Assembly (NCBI GenBank): GCA_000934665.2
Contig: KZ538470.1
Location: 1 to 64,000, forward strand
Direction: 5' to 3'
DNA length: 64,000 nt
DNA from: Catajapyx aquilonaris
Taxonomy: Eukaryota
Numbering within the stretch: position 1 is the stretch's first letter; each line of letters begins with the position of its first letter. The notes under the pieces were generated by a model. That model saw only the letters and a program-made list of their open reading frames with translations. It searched no databases and was not told the origin of the DNA. This document shows positions 62,301-64,000 of the stretch, piece after piece. A program made the position numbers and the translations under genes.

Positions 62301-64000
62301 TAATAACTTAGTTGTGCTGCACATAAGCGTGAGAGGTGCACAGAACATGTCAAGTATATTCCAGTATAGTAGTGTACCTGTAATTTTCTCTCCAAATCTT
62401 GACAAAAGACTTGATAGCATTTCAAATTTGCATTTTATATCACAACCTAATTCCAGCAAAGAAGGCTGTGGTGACATAGCGCCTGAATATAAGCTATAGT
62501 AAATACCCTTTCGTCTTGCGAATCTCTCGTCCTATTACTGTAGACTCCGAGTTGATAACCAGGCACACATCGCGTGACTTTTCAAATTATGCATTACAAT
62601 GGGGTGTGCATTATAGGGTTAAAAAAAGAACACTGCCATACCCATAGCTAATTTGACCTTAGGTGACTAAATATTTAGCTTGCATGTCTCTGTCCTTCGG
62701 TCCATCTCACCTCCCTGGGAACATGGGCACCAGTTTGAAATTCATTCATCACGGCAAATGGCCGGCTAGGAACGCGTGTAAATGGAGGGAAGGTGGGGGT
62801 AGGGTAGGGGGGCCAGCCGAATTTACAACTAGATGAGTGACAGACGCAACATTTTAATGTCCGTGCCGCAATATTCCACGGTATGCGATACATTTGCTGG
62901 TGCTGTTGTCATTCCCTCCAGCTCTTTTCATCGTGGCTCCAATTCTCCTGGTGATTCAAAAGAGGGCTAGTGTCACACGCGCCAAAAAAAACGTGCCATA
63001 GATCGCAGAAATAATTTCATGGAGTGTATAGGTTCAAAGCCCGTTAAAGTAAGGATAACTTATGTACCCAAAAAAGGGGGGTCCTGGCGTTTGACAAGCG
63101 TCAGAATTCTAACATGGTGAAGGTTTTTTCCCCATTGACTTTCATCATCAGGACAGGTGTGTCCTGACCATTTTTTACATACAGTAAGTGATGGGTATGT
63201 ATTAGTCTACATACCCATTTACAAGGAAGGTGAAACTCATGTTGTTTTGGCTATTATTCCCGAGATAGAGTATGCGGGGAAATCGGTTGGCGTTCGACAA
63301 GCTGAATCCCAAGTCTGAAAGCAACAAACTTGACATTTGACCTGTATCGACACACTAGCTACATAAGCCCTGAATAATAAATGCGAATTCCCATCGTGGC
63401 CAAATGCTAGCTCCACATCCAATGTAATGCCCTTCCACATTAATTTAACTCTCACCACACCGATCGCTGACATTTGACGTTTTGAATGCAACCTCTCCAA
63501 CACGACATGTTACCCATCGACATTTTCATTATCTCCTGTTTGTTTACATGCCTCCCCTCTCCCCTCCCACACCCCCTATAGGTACAGTGCAGTATACCTT
63601 CACCCTGCGAGTAACCCCAGATATCGCTCCCGGAAATAAAACTCCACATGTCACGTCCCACACCGCAATGTTTGGAAAGAGTTTGGGTGTGCTAATACAT
63701 TCCATTGGTCGGGGTTGGGCTGGGGGAAGAGTGGCGAGGGAGGGCTTTGGCCATTCGTGTCCACCGGCAGCTGTACGCGTCCTTTTGTCAGCCGAGAATA
63801 TTTAGAGAACACACAACCGCACACACACAGGATCGGGGGAGATGTGTGGAATAATTAAGCGGGCAGCTTACCCCATTGTGACGCGAACCAGATTTGCATT
63901 TCATGTGCGAAAAAGGGGAAACCGCTTGCGCTCGGTCTCCAAACCCGCGCATGCGCAAATAAATCCCGCATTTTTGGGGCTGAAAATCTCCGCGCACATA

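Noticed and set aside
63191..63218. Perfect 11-bp stem hairpin ATGGGTATGTA-N6-TACATACCCAT
   Set aside because: Isolated, too short for a pre-miRNA, and no context suggests a function.

Overview
This is eukaryotic, essentially non-coding DNA, most likely from an arthropod draft assembly (inferred from the transposon/SINE repertoire and microsatellites; it has a 217-N gap at 40310-40526). I found no intact protein-coding gene, rRNA, true tRNA or CRISPR array. The recognisable ORFs in the track are pieces of three decayed Tc1/mariner-superfamily transposases: a DD36E Tc1-type element (28114-29337), an internally deleted mariner (31609-32530) and a maT/Bmmar1-type element (32584-35460) split by nested insertions. 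The rest is about 15 MITE or foldback elements (TA, TAA/CAG and TTAA target sites), five tRNA-derived SINE copies (two with a V-domain-like core), two tiny truncated retro-insertions and microsatellites. Transposons cluster at about 24.6-37.8 kb and 52.2-59.4 kb. The intervening stretches are rich in homeodomain-type motifs, consistent with a long intron or regulatory landscape. I cannot support a new multi-gene system from this sequence. The best leads are: a 1.2-kb foldback element with an apparent 13-bp target duplication and self-folding ends; a co-varying 3' stem-loop shared by two different SINE families; a MITE family whose copies differ only in the terminal transposase-binding segment; and a candidate recursive splice site on the minus strand at 30150/30151. 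All alignments were done by eye and family names come from recalled consensus features, not database searches.
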